Shown in pieces: positions 1-9,798 of a stretch of 64,000 nucleotides of DNA. The DNA is taken from positions 65,038,001 to 65,102,000 of the forward strand of contig CM060732.1 of NCBI GenBank assembly GCA_030704615.1, in the 5' to 3' direction. The number at the start of each line of letters is the position of its first letter. Position 1 is the stretch's first letter. The DNA comes from Takakia lepidozioides. Lineage: Eukaryota; Plantae; Bryophyta. Under the pieces are notes generated by a model, which saw nothing but the letters and a program-made list of their open reading frames with translations, was not told the origin of the DNA and ran no database searches. A program made the position numbers and the translations under genes.

Positions 1-949
1 GGTCCACAACAACATTGGAGCGAGAAGGAAATTACTGTCAACCAAAGGTCGGGAGTGGACAAGTGTGATGGTGTCGTCTGGTCTGATAATGTTGGAGAGA
101 GTGAAATTGAGAGCGTAGGTGGAGCCCTCTGAATCGTCCACAGCCACCAGCAGTTGGCGACCTTGCTGATTCTCCTCAGCGCTCATCTTTCTCCTTTCAC
201 AGCTCCCCAATCCTCAACCGTAGCACGTCTGGAGAGATCGCAAACCCAATTCCCAGCAAAGCGAGGAGGAACTTTGTGGGGAGTTGGGGAAGAGGACTCG
301 ATGCCACTTGTTAGCACATGCGTCAGATGTGTGCTGACTCCTCTTCCACTCTGCATGCTGACTGCGCAAAGCACGAAAACTATATCTCACGTATGAGATG
401 ATTTCTTCCGATGAGATTTGATGGACGATCGTTGCTACAGACAAGAAGCTGGGATGATTCTGTTGCATGCTTCAACCGACTTCAATGCTCCAGAAATATC
501 TGCAACAGAGGAAGAGAATGTCTCAATGGCTGTGCAGAAGGTTCCGATTGAATTTACCGTCATGCGACGGGTGGTTACCTCAGATCTGACACGCATTATT
601 CTGGATCTGGACGAGTGCAGAGGCACGATTGTCAGTCACTCTAAAGGATGGATAGGGGCAGAGAAGGGATATACTCATTATCTTGTCCCTGCGATCGTTG
701 GCTATGACGGACACTACAGGACAAACTCTCCGCGGGATATGAATGGTATGGGCACCACGTGTGCGGTTCAACCCACCAGACTATTAGAATTCAACCCAAC
801 AGTGGTTGCCCACAGCTAGCATTGTTACTCCAGCCCAACTTGCGGGCACAGATTGCACCAATATTTGTGTGATTGCACTGCAAGTGATTGAGAAAAGGCA
901 AGGCAGAGATGGAGATTCAATTGGGGGGAGAGGTCTGTTTTTCCAGCTA

Positions 950-1500
950 TGCAATCAATTCCTCAGCAAGATTTGGCCCTGCTGAAGATCTCCTATGTTG
1001 TGGTGTTTCCATGCAGGTCTGCAAACTTAGAATGCCTCTGGCAGGGGTTATCATATCCTCCACACTGGTGGGACAACAGATTGATAATGTGAGGTCTTCA
1101 CTTCTTTACTTCAGGTGTGAATGAATGATTGTGGTTGAAGCTGGCAAGATGATGGTTTGTCGATACCTCAAGTTGCTGACAGCAATGACTGTTCTTTGTC
1201 GTGAAAATTCTACACAAGCTAATGTTACTGTTTCTTTCAGCAGCTTGGGGCAGCATTACTGTCAAGGTTGTTCCCTCTTATTTGAACATGCCCAGAACTT
1301 TGGTAGGTAGAATCTGGTCTATTCAACCCTGTGGTTGAAGCTATTGCTGCTCAGCTGCATGCTGGTGGTATTCACAGATAAGTCCAAGATTACCAAACTT
1401 CAGCAGAAAGGAGGCCCTCTGGATTGAGGGTCTGTCAACCCTCCTTCGATGATAACAGAGCTAGCTGCCATGATACAATGTCTGAGCAAACTCTGTTGGT
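950..1500 (+). repeat. PPR-gene leader-family sequence (homologous to the regions upstream of the PPR ORFs at 16766 and 6772)
   Basis: cagagctagctgccatgatacaatgtc (~1456) vs cagagctagatgccatgatacaaggtc (~16640); gctcagctgcatgctggtggtatt vs gctcagctgcctgctggtggtatt (~16569); translated LRMPLAGVI vs VRFPLAGVS and LFEHAQNFG vs FLKEPWNFG. Confidence 0.6.
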
Positions 1501-2469
1501 AGTTGTTTATTACAGTCAACGGACAGAATGTGCGCTGTGAAGGACTGAGGATCACCCACAATCCGCCCGGCTTGAATGGTGGCCTGGACCATCATTAGCT
1601 CCTGCAGTATCTTCTGCACCATTGAGAGTTATGGGGATGTTGGCATGCTTCTTAAGCTCATGAGGCAGAGAATGAGCCCAGAGTACCTTTCAGAAATCTA
1701 AAAACACAGTAGCAACTCCCAACAGAGATTGAGGTTTCTCATGCTCTTTCAGTTCTTGCACCCAGGTGAAGTACCAAGCAGAGAGCGGCTATGGCAGGAG
1801 CTCCTCACAGATCCTTAGCAGCGTTCAATGACAGGTTGGATAAGGTGAGACTTATTGTCATGTGGGACATCAAAGAGTTTCCAAGGAGGGCTTGATATTG
1901 AAGCTAGCATGATGATGTTTTTAGGACTCTATTGTACCTCAACTTGCATATTGATTGATGACAATTTTCCTTTTTGTTATTAAAACGTTCTTGTAGTTTT
2001 TGGTGGGACTATGTGGTTGAAAGAACTGGCTCATTACCTGCCCACTGGTGGTTTGCACAGAAAGTTACAAGATCACCAGACTTAAGACATAAGTCCACAC
2101 ATAAAACCGTGTGGATGGAGGACTGGTTGAACCCTTCTCGGTTGAAAGCTGAAGGACAGAGTTTGTTGGTACAAGGGCTGTGGAGGACGTTCGTTTGTTT
2201 CTAATTTTGTGGGTTTTGTGTTCAGGAGCTTGGCGCATTCGTGGCTAAGCTTGTGGCAAGCAGTGGGATTGCCACCGACAAAGCAGGGACAGTGGTGGTG
2301 CCTACCCGTGCGGACGGTAAGAGGAAGAGGAAAAGACGTCGTGGCCTCGAGTGTTCCCCTAATCATCAAGGAGGGTAGGGAAGTAGTGGAGGGGGGGAGG
2401 GAAGTAGTGGAGGGGAGGGGAAAGGACAGGCCCTCACAATTTGTTTGGCTAGAAGCACCGGGGGCGTAG

Positions 2470-3110
2470 TCAACAAGAACTCGAAAGGAACTTGTGGGGA
2501 TGTGAGGATGCTGTGCAAGGCAGGACGACTGAAGGATGCTCTGCACATTCTAAACAAACGAGGAATTCTGGCAGCCTACTACACTTATGCCTGTATCTTG
2601 CAGGATTGCTGAAGGGCCTAACAGAGGGACGACAGGTGCACACCCACATCAATCAGAGTAGATTCAAACCCAATGTCTTGTATTTAACAACCTTGTCAAC
2701 ATGTATGTCAAGTGTGGCAGTGTGGTGGATGCACTCCAAGTGTTTGGCAAAATGCCTGAACGAGATATGTATACATGGAATATAATGATAGCAGGATATG
2801 CGAAGTATGGTTTTGACAGTGAGGCTCTAAAGATCTATGAGAGAATGCAACAAGAAGGGGTGACTCCTAACAATGCATGTGCCAACATGGCAGCCATGGA
2901 AGAGGGAAAGGAGGTTCATGCTGACATTATGAAAGCTGAAATTCTCTCGTATACAAATTTGGCAACTGCACTTGTTGACATGTATGCCAAATGTGGAAGC
3001 ATGAAGAATGCACGACAGGTGTTTGACAGCATAGGTCAACAAGATGTGGTCTCATGGAACACTATCATTGCAGGATATGCTCAGCATGGGTTTGGTAGTC
3101 AGCGAGTGTA
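2470..3110 (+). pseudogene. Truncated, frameshifted PLS-class PPR pseudogene (N-terminal L-S-P motifs only)
   Basis: MYVKCGSVVDALQVFGKMPERDMYTWNIMIAGYAKYG... PPR motifs; the 5' part parallels 16782-17040 but is frameshifted; internal deletion in an L motif (VTPN/NACA); ends abruptly after GYAQHGFGS. Confidence 0.85.
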
Positions 3111-3130
3111 ACCATTGACTTCGTATTTGA

Positions 3131-3476
3131 ATCGAACAACAGTTTTTTGCTCAAGAATCTGAGGTGAACTTGGTGGCTGTGTGGAAATCACCACACAGTT
3201 CTTGATGATGGTGCCCGGGGAGGGGTAACAATGAGCCCAAAAGAAACGGATAGCTTCTCACTGGCGGCCTCCTCCATACTATATAACACAAAGCAGGCAT
3301 CAACACGTACCCAGCGCCTCTTATCTACACAGAAATCTCAGCTCAGCATGGATTTCCTTACTTTGTGGATGCAAGTTGTGAATACATTTGGTCAATGAAT
3401 GTACGCACATGGTTGTAACCGTAATCCGGCAGCAACCTGAATTCCTTCTGACACCTTTGTCCTGTATCACTTTTAT
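3131..3476 (-). pseudogene. Degenerate E2/PG-box/DYW domain fragment
   Basis: Minus-strand frames give KVIQDKGVRRNSGCCRI, LHPQSKEIHAEL, SEKLSVSFGLI and GDFHTATKFTS; nucleotide similarity to 4100-4480; multiple frameshifts. Confidence 0.8.
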
Positions 3477-4042
3477 GCTGCCAATGCCCCCTGGATGAAT
3501 AATTCCCACAGGCTAAGAGTGAGCACCTCTAGAGGACTCCCTTTATCCATATCAGCTACCTGCGTTGCATGTCATTTTCTCCTGAACCATGGTGGCCAAT
3601 GTTGAGGTTGCTGCCTCTTACTGGTTGCAAGGGTTTGTACATTTGTAAATTCTGTTGGAGCGAGAGGGCTGGCACCTTTTGGAACTCCCTGAGCAAGGAT
3701 CCATTTGACGAAGATGACTTGTTGGAGCAAGCGAAGTGATGCAGCTCCCTCAGTCCTTAGGCTGGAAATGTTTTGGTCAGCTTTGACATACGTGCTGTGA
3801 GAAGTCAAGGACCACTAAATAAGAAGTTCGAGGACAACTCCCCAACAGGCTTTCAATGCTGTAGAAGATGATATCATGAAATGTGATCATCACCATAGGC
3901 AGCTCACAGAGTCATTCTGACCATCGCAATCAATGTCACAAATCGTTAAATTCAACTTTACACTTTGCAATAAGGATGCGTTACAACCTTTCCACCCTCA
4001 CGCCCTTTAGCACCATATGTTCTTACATGCTTGTTGCTTGTA

Positions 4043-6772
4043 TCACCAGCAATCCCCACAGGAACAACTCCCATCTTGAAAGTGATGGAAGCGGTTGGCA
4101 TCCCGAACAACAATTGCTCGCCCCACCATCATTGAGATGAACTTGGTGGCTGCGTGGCAGTCACCACATACCCGCAGATTTTTTATGACATGGATAGGTG
4201 TCCCAGGGGGTGTGCTGATGAGCCCAAAAGCAATGGCAAGCTTCTCACTGTGGTAGCAAAGAGAAATTTCTTTTTGGTCCTTCTCCACATTGTGCAAAAC
4301 AAACGGTATGTCAGCCACATACCCAGCCGCATTCATCTGCCCATCCAATCTCTCCAATTCAGCATGGATTTCCTCAATTTTGGGATGCAGTTTGTCGTCT
4401 ACTGCGAATGTATGCACCTGGTTCTCAACCTCAATGCAGCTGCATCCTGGCTTCTTTCTGACACCTCTGTCCTGCATCAGTTTTCTCACCTTCGCTGTAT
4501 CATCCCACCTGCCAGCCGCAGCATAGATATTAGATAGCAGCACATACGTTGCAGCATCCTGTGGGTCCAACTTTAGAAGACATTGTGCCACACCTTCTGC
4601 TATCTCCACATCACCATGAATTCTACAAGCACCAAGCAAGGCCCCCAGCACCCCGGCATCTGCTTTAATTGGCATTTTATTGACGAAGTCCTCTGCCTCA
4701 TCCAATCGCCCTGCACGGCCAAGGAGATCCACCATACAGCCAAAATGCTCCATTGTAGGGGTCAGGCCATGATCTCGAGTCATGGAATCAAAGTAGTGGC
4801 GACCTTCATCCACTAGGCCCACATGACTACATGCAGACAGAACACATATAAAACTGATACAGTTCGGCTTCAAGCCTGCCTGTAACATTTGTTCAAATAA
4901 TTGCAGGGCCTTTATACCACACCCATGCTGTGCATACCCTGCAATCATTGCACTCCATGAGACCACATTTCGGTCAGCCATATTATCAAACACTTGACAT
5001 GCATCCTTCATGCTCCCACATTTGGCATACATGTCAACAAGGGCAGTATCCATAAAGACATCAGGGGCAATTCCAGCTTTGACAATGTCACGATGGAGTT
5101 CTTTGCCTTTCTCCAGGGCTGCAAGGCTGGCAGCCGCATTGAGAAGAGAGATGAATGTGACCTTGTCGGGCATCACCCCTTCCCATATCATTTGTTCATA
5201 GGTCTCAAAAGCTTTCATACCACACCCATGCTGAGCGTATCCCGCGATCATCACACTCCAAGTGACCACATTTCGTTGAGCCATATTGTCGAAAACTATA
5301 CAAGCATCCTTCATGCTCCCGCATTTGGCATACATTGCGATGAGGGCAGTGTCCAGAATGACATCTGCAACAATTTCAGCTTTGATGATTTCAGCATGGA
5401 CCTCCGTGCCCAATTGCAGGGCTTCCAGGTTGGCACAAGCATTGAGGATGCAAACGAATGTGACCTTGTCAGGCATCACCCCTTCCCGGATCATCTGCTC
5501 ATAGGTTTGGAAAGCCTCCATACCACACCCATGCAGAGCATATCCTGTGATCATTGCACTCCAGGAGAACACATTCCGTGTAGGCATTTTGTCAAACACC
5601 TGACGGGCATCCTTCATGGCCCGGGATTTGGCATACATATCCACAAGTGCAGTCTCCAGAATCATATCTGGCTGAATCCCAGCTTTGTTGATGTCAGCAT
5701 GAACCTCTTTGCCCATGCCCAGAGCTGCCAGATTGGCACACACATTGAGCATGCACGTGAATGTGACCTTGTCGGGCATCACCCCTTCCTTTGTCATTTG
5801 CTTATACATCTCAAAAATCTCCTTACCACACCCACACTGAGCATAGCCTCTGATCAATGCACTCCATGAGACCACATTGCGTTGAGCCATATTGTCAAAC
5901 ACTTGACGTGCATCCTTCATGCTCCCGCATTTGGCATACATATTAACAAGGGCATTCTCCAAATTAATGTATGGAGCAATGCCAGCTTTCATGATGTCAA
6001 CATGGACCTCTATGCCCTTTTCCAGGGCTCTCAGATTGGCACATGCATTGAGAACACAAATGAATGTGACCTCGTTGGGCATCAACCCTTCCTGTTTCAT
6101 TTGCTCATAGGTGCTGAAAGCCTCCGTACCACACCCATGCTGAGCATATCCTGCAATCATCACACTCCATGAGACCACATTCCGTTGAGTCATATCGTTG
6201 AACACTGTACATGCATCCTTCATGCTGCCACATTTTGCATACATGTTGACAAGGGCAGTGTCTAGAATAATATCTGACATAATTTTGGATTTCCTAATGT
6301 CAGCATGGACCATTATGCCCTTTTCAAGGGCTCTCACGTTGGCACACGCATTGAGTGCACAAGTGAAGGTGACCTTGCCGGGCTCTACACCTTCCTGTAT
6401 CATTTGCTCATAGATCGCAAGGGCCTCCCTACCACAACCATGCTTGGCATATCCTGCTATCATTACATTCCATGTGAACAGTGGTCGGTCAGACATTTTG
6501 TCAAACAGCTCCCTTGCATCCACCATGCTGCCGCACTTGGCGTACATATTGACAAGTGTGCTCTGCAGAAACATGTTTGGCTTAACTCGACTTCGGATAA
6601 TGTGGTGGTGCACCTGCCTTCCCTCTGCAAGACCTTGCATATTGATGCACTCCTGCAACAGACTGACATAAGTGTTGGAGTCTAAGGAAATGCCTCGTTG
6701 GTTCAAAACGTGCAGGGCCTCTTTCAAGTGACCAGCCATACATGGTGTCCTCACTTGTGCTTGAGCTTGCAT
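4043..6772 (-). CDS. PLS-class pentatricopeptide repeat protein with E1-E2-DYW cytidine deaminase domain (organellar C-to-U RNA editing factor)
   Basis: Uninterrupted ORF (open to at least 6802; first ATG 6772). 20 PPR motifs in L-S-P triplets ending P2-L2-S2, then E1, E2, PG box (KKPGCSCIEV), HSEKLA and CGDCH zinc motifs, and C-terminal CSCGDCW. True start or a possible upstream exon uncertain. Confidence 0.95.
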   Translation of the reverse strand: MQAQAQVRTPCMAGHLKEALHVLNQRGISLDSNTYVSLLQECINMQGLAEGRQVHHHIIRSRVKPNMFLQSTLVNMYAKCGSMVDARELFDKMSDRPLFTWNVMIAGYAKHGCGREALAIYEQMIQEGVEPGKVTFTCALNACANVRALEKGIMVHADIRKSKIMSDIILDTALVNMYAKCGSMKDACTVFNDMTQRNVVSWSVMIAGYAQHGCGTEAFSTYEQMKQEGLMPNEVTFICVLNACANLRALEKGIEVHVDIMKAGIAPYINLENALVNMYAKCGSMKDARQVFDNMAQRNVVSWSALIRGYAQCGCGKEIFEMYKQMTKEGVMPDKVTFTCMLNVCANLAALGMGKEVHADINKAGIQPDMILETALVDMYAKSRAMKDARQVFDKMPTRNVFSWSAMITGYALHGCGMEAFQTYEQMIREGVMPDKVTFVCILNACANLEALQLGTEVHAEIIKAEIVADVILDTALIAMYAKCGSMKDACIVFDNMAQRNVVTWSVMIAGYAQHGCGMKAFETYEQMIWEGVMPDKVTFISLLNAAASLAALEKGKELHRDIVKAGIAPDVFMDTALVDMYAKCGSMKDACQVFDNMADRNVVSWSAMIAGYAQHGCGIKALQLFEQMLQAGLKPNCISFICVLSACSHVGLVDEGRHYFDSMTRDHGLTPTMEHFGCMVDLLGRAGRLDEAEDFVNKMPIKADAGVLGALLGACRIHGDVEIAEGVAQCLLKLDPQDAATYVLLSNIYAAAGRWDDTAKVRKLMQDRGVRKKPGCSCIEVENQVHTFAVDDKLHPKIEEIHAELERLDGQMNAAGYVADIPFVLHNVEKDQKEISLCYHSEKLAIAFGLISTPPGTPIHVIKNLRVCGDCHAATKFISMMVGRAIVVRDANRFHHFQDGSCSCGDCW

Positions 6773-6780
6773 GGCAGATT

Positions 6781-7419
6781 TCAACCAGGGAGGATTTGAC
6801 AATCCCTGAATCCAAAGTGCCTGCTTTCTTGGCTTATGTCTGAAGTCTTGAGATCTTGGGCTTCTCTGTGAAAACTGCCAAGGGCCAGCTGAGAGGCCAT
6901 AGCTTCAGCCAACACTCCACATGGACCATGCCATAATGACAAACCAAAGCTCCAAACATCTTTCAAAGGACAACAAACAACTTCAGCAACATTCATTGCT
7001 GTTCCACATAGAGAGCTGGATTCAATGTGTGAATTGCTCGAAAATTGACCTTCTTTCCCCAGATTGGAACATTTTCGGACAAAATGGAGCCAGGATTGCT
7101 CCGACACGCACCCTTTGGAGACCCATAAATATACACCCAGAATGTATATGTACATACCTTTCTCCATCCCTATGGACATAACTGGCAAGGCTCTGGGTTC
7201 CAACTTTGACAAGCTGGATACACATTTCAGCTCCACAGCCTGGCGAGTGAATCTGCTGCACGTTGTAAGGCTTTCACAGTAATGAGAACCAAGTGCGTTT
7301 AGTGCTTCTCCCTGCGCGTTCAGCTGAGAAGGATGCGTGTTGCCATCTCCGAGAGCGAGACCGATCACATGAAGATGGCCTTCATCGTTGGCCAGTGGAA
7401 GCATCCCTAATCGAGACAT
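6781..7419 (-). other. 212-codon upstream ORF / leader of the PPR-DYW gene, out of frame with the PPR ORF
   Basis: ATG at 7419; stop ends 8 nt before the PPR ATG; contains PLKDVWSFG, similar to FLKEPWNFG (upstream of 16766) and LFEHAQNFG (~1290). Confidence 0.35.
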
Positions 7420-7834
7420 TCATCCCGCGGTCAGTTAAATGCGCTCAGACTTCCACTTCACAGAACGAGAGAGAGAAGAACCAAAAAATCTCAAGAAATT
7501 AGAAGACAGTCTGCTTTCACAACGGATGATGCGTGATACATCTTGAAACCGATTTATAGAAATCGGAGTTCCTAATTCTATACAAATGCATCTCCTCCAA
7601 TGAAAAGTGTAGTAGAGTTGGAATTCCCAGTTTGAATGAATCACCGATGTCAGTTCAGCAGCCCAGATCCTTATCACTTCTCCCTCGTTCAGTGAAGATC
7701 TTGCACAAGGAAGATTCCAACTAAGCTCACCTAGTTTGCGGCCAATACAATCCCTCAATTGTTGGGGATCAAGAATTATTTCTTGGTGCAGCGTCCACCA
7801 CAATGAGTGTGATTCCTCCCGGGACTCCTATTCC

Positions 7835-9240
7835 CTCCTTCTCCCCGCCGGGAGGTGAGAAGTGAGAACACCCTCAATACTCTTCTAAACGGAGCAAGGG
7901 CTTCATTGAAATCCATCGGTAAGTCCTAGTACAGAATGCTGCCTTTGAAGTAATATATGGCGGGTCTCTAATTGCTACCTGGCAACTTCGAGGACACTAC
8001 GACGCCATATCTGAGAAACGGCAAGTTTCACCGAGCAGAAGTGCCAGAAATTCTCTTGGTAAGAAAGTACCATGGTTTCTTGGAGGGGTATTTTGCCACC
8101 ATTGAAAAACAAAGGAGGGCAATGGAGGAAGAGAATAAGGCCTCTCAAGAAAAGTGCGCTTGATTGCAAGAGAAAAATTGCAGATCAGATGAGCGGAAGA
8201 AAGAGTTAGAGGAGATGAACAGGAGGCTCGAATTTAAAATGAGAGCTCTGGAGACGAATTTTGCTGACAAGATAACCAAGCAAGAGGCTCATGAAGCACA
8301 TCTTCTGGCAGCACATGTCAAAGGAAGGGCTGAGCTTTGGGACCATCTGATGCATATATGGTCGAGCTGGACAAGGCACGCAAAAAGTATTGGCACTTCC
8401 CTTAGTAGATTGCCATGAATTCAGCCAGGGCCATAATCTTCCATCCTTTCTAGCACTGGAGAACTCAAGATGCCGGACAAAAAGAGGATTTAAGAATCTT
8501 ACCGGACAGCTACAATGTCCTGTTCGTGGTGTGTTTGCAGGCCTTGCAGCTGCTCATCAAACAGCCTAGCCAATGATCCTGCCAGTCCATGCCCGGCCTC
8601 TGCTTTCTGCCTCCCCAAGTCCTACCCCACCCCACCGTGACATGCCCTCATTTGATGAAACCACAGGAAACCAAACACCGCCAGTTCGCTGCAGGGGAAA
8701 GAAGGAGAGGGAAGGGCAAAATGCCTGGAGGGCACGGTGCATGTCTTGGAGGCTGCGATTGGCATGAGCAAACAGCACAGCATGTAGCGCTTCCAGCTGC
8801 GCCTGGTCATGTGCCTGCTGCTCCAGGGCAGCCTGGTAGGCCAATTGCGGCAAAGAAATGTCTAAGTATGAAAGATAACCACAGACCCAAGAGCATTAGA
8901 CAAGAGAGAGAGAGGGAGGGAGACATGCAGTGAACACTTCATACAGGTTCCAAGTATTCATAATAATCCACCCAAGGCCTTGATCTGCTATGGATTTTAG
9001 CTCAGACCCACACTCTCTCTCCCACCATGGTGATGCCATTGCTTACGGAAGATTTCAGGCTCAATTGAACATGTCCGCTGTGCCTCTTGGCCCAAGTATC
9101 AAGGCAAATATACACCAAATACAGGACGATGAATACACCTAACTCGTTCACTGGAAAGCATGACGGAAGCTGTTCATTGGAACGCATTGACAAATTTGCT
9201 AAGAGCAGAGCTATGGCCTCCTAACCATTCTCTGATTCTG
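7835..9240 (+). repeat. Diverged direct repeat copy A (decayed coiled-coil coding segment plus 3' block)
   Basis: acaccctcaatactcttctaaacggagcaagggcttcattgaaatcc and FLEGYFATIEKQRRAMEEENK...HEAHLLAAHV match 13826-14340; 8860-9240 matches 14490-14905; in-frame stop at 8161. Confidence 0.8.
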
Positions 9241-9798
9241 TACGTTTACTAGGCCAAGCTTGCATGACATGTTATCTCTGATTTCTCTCTTTTTTGGTTA
9301 AAAAAAAAGAGGAAGAATCACAGCTAGGTTACCGTATCACTAATCCCCCAAGGCAATCTCAGTCAAGGTTTCTTTTGCATCTTGAACTCATTACATGCTG
9401 ATTTTGTTGCATGATTTGAGTTCAAAGCATTTGACCCTATATTAACCATAACCACTACTGTTTCTATATGCAGACGGCTCTGGTGTTGTTGATGAAACCC
9501 TGGTGTTGTTGGGCACTTGAGACCAGACTGATGAGTGGCGGTAGATACCAGACTGCCTCAGACCCAACCTGTCCCCTGTAGGTTCGGAAGCCGACTGGAC
9601 CTGATACCAAACCTGACATCGTCACTGCTCGAGGATTTGCGAGTTGCAATCTCGGGACTCGGGAGAGAAGAGGAGAGGAGGGACGGAGGAGGTTGCGTGT
9701 AATTCTGCGGTCATGTGTGGAATTGAATTTTGGTGCATGCGGTGTGTTGCTTGTAAACAGCAGATGTCCCTGAGAAAAAAATCTTGCACTCGCCTTCC

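Noticed and set aside
418-819. 133-aa ORF as a gene
   Set aside because: No recognisable motif or splice structure; cannot be supported from sequence alone.
4043-4460. U-to-C (DYW:KP) editing domain
   Set aside because: Canonical PG box, HSEKLA and CGDCH; no KP-type signature or GRP/DRH terminus.
4154-6685. Long plus-strand ORFs (e.g. 4994-5869, 291 aa) and the equivalent minus-strand ORFs over 16.9-18.8 kb
   Set aside because: Antisense shadows of the repetitive PPR coding sequence.
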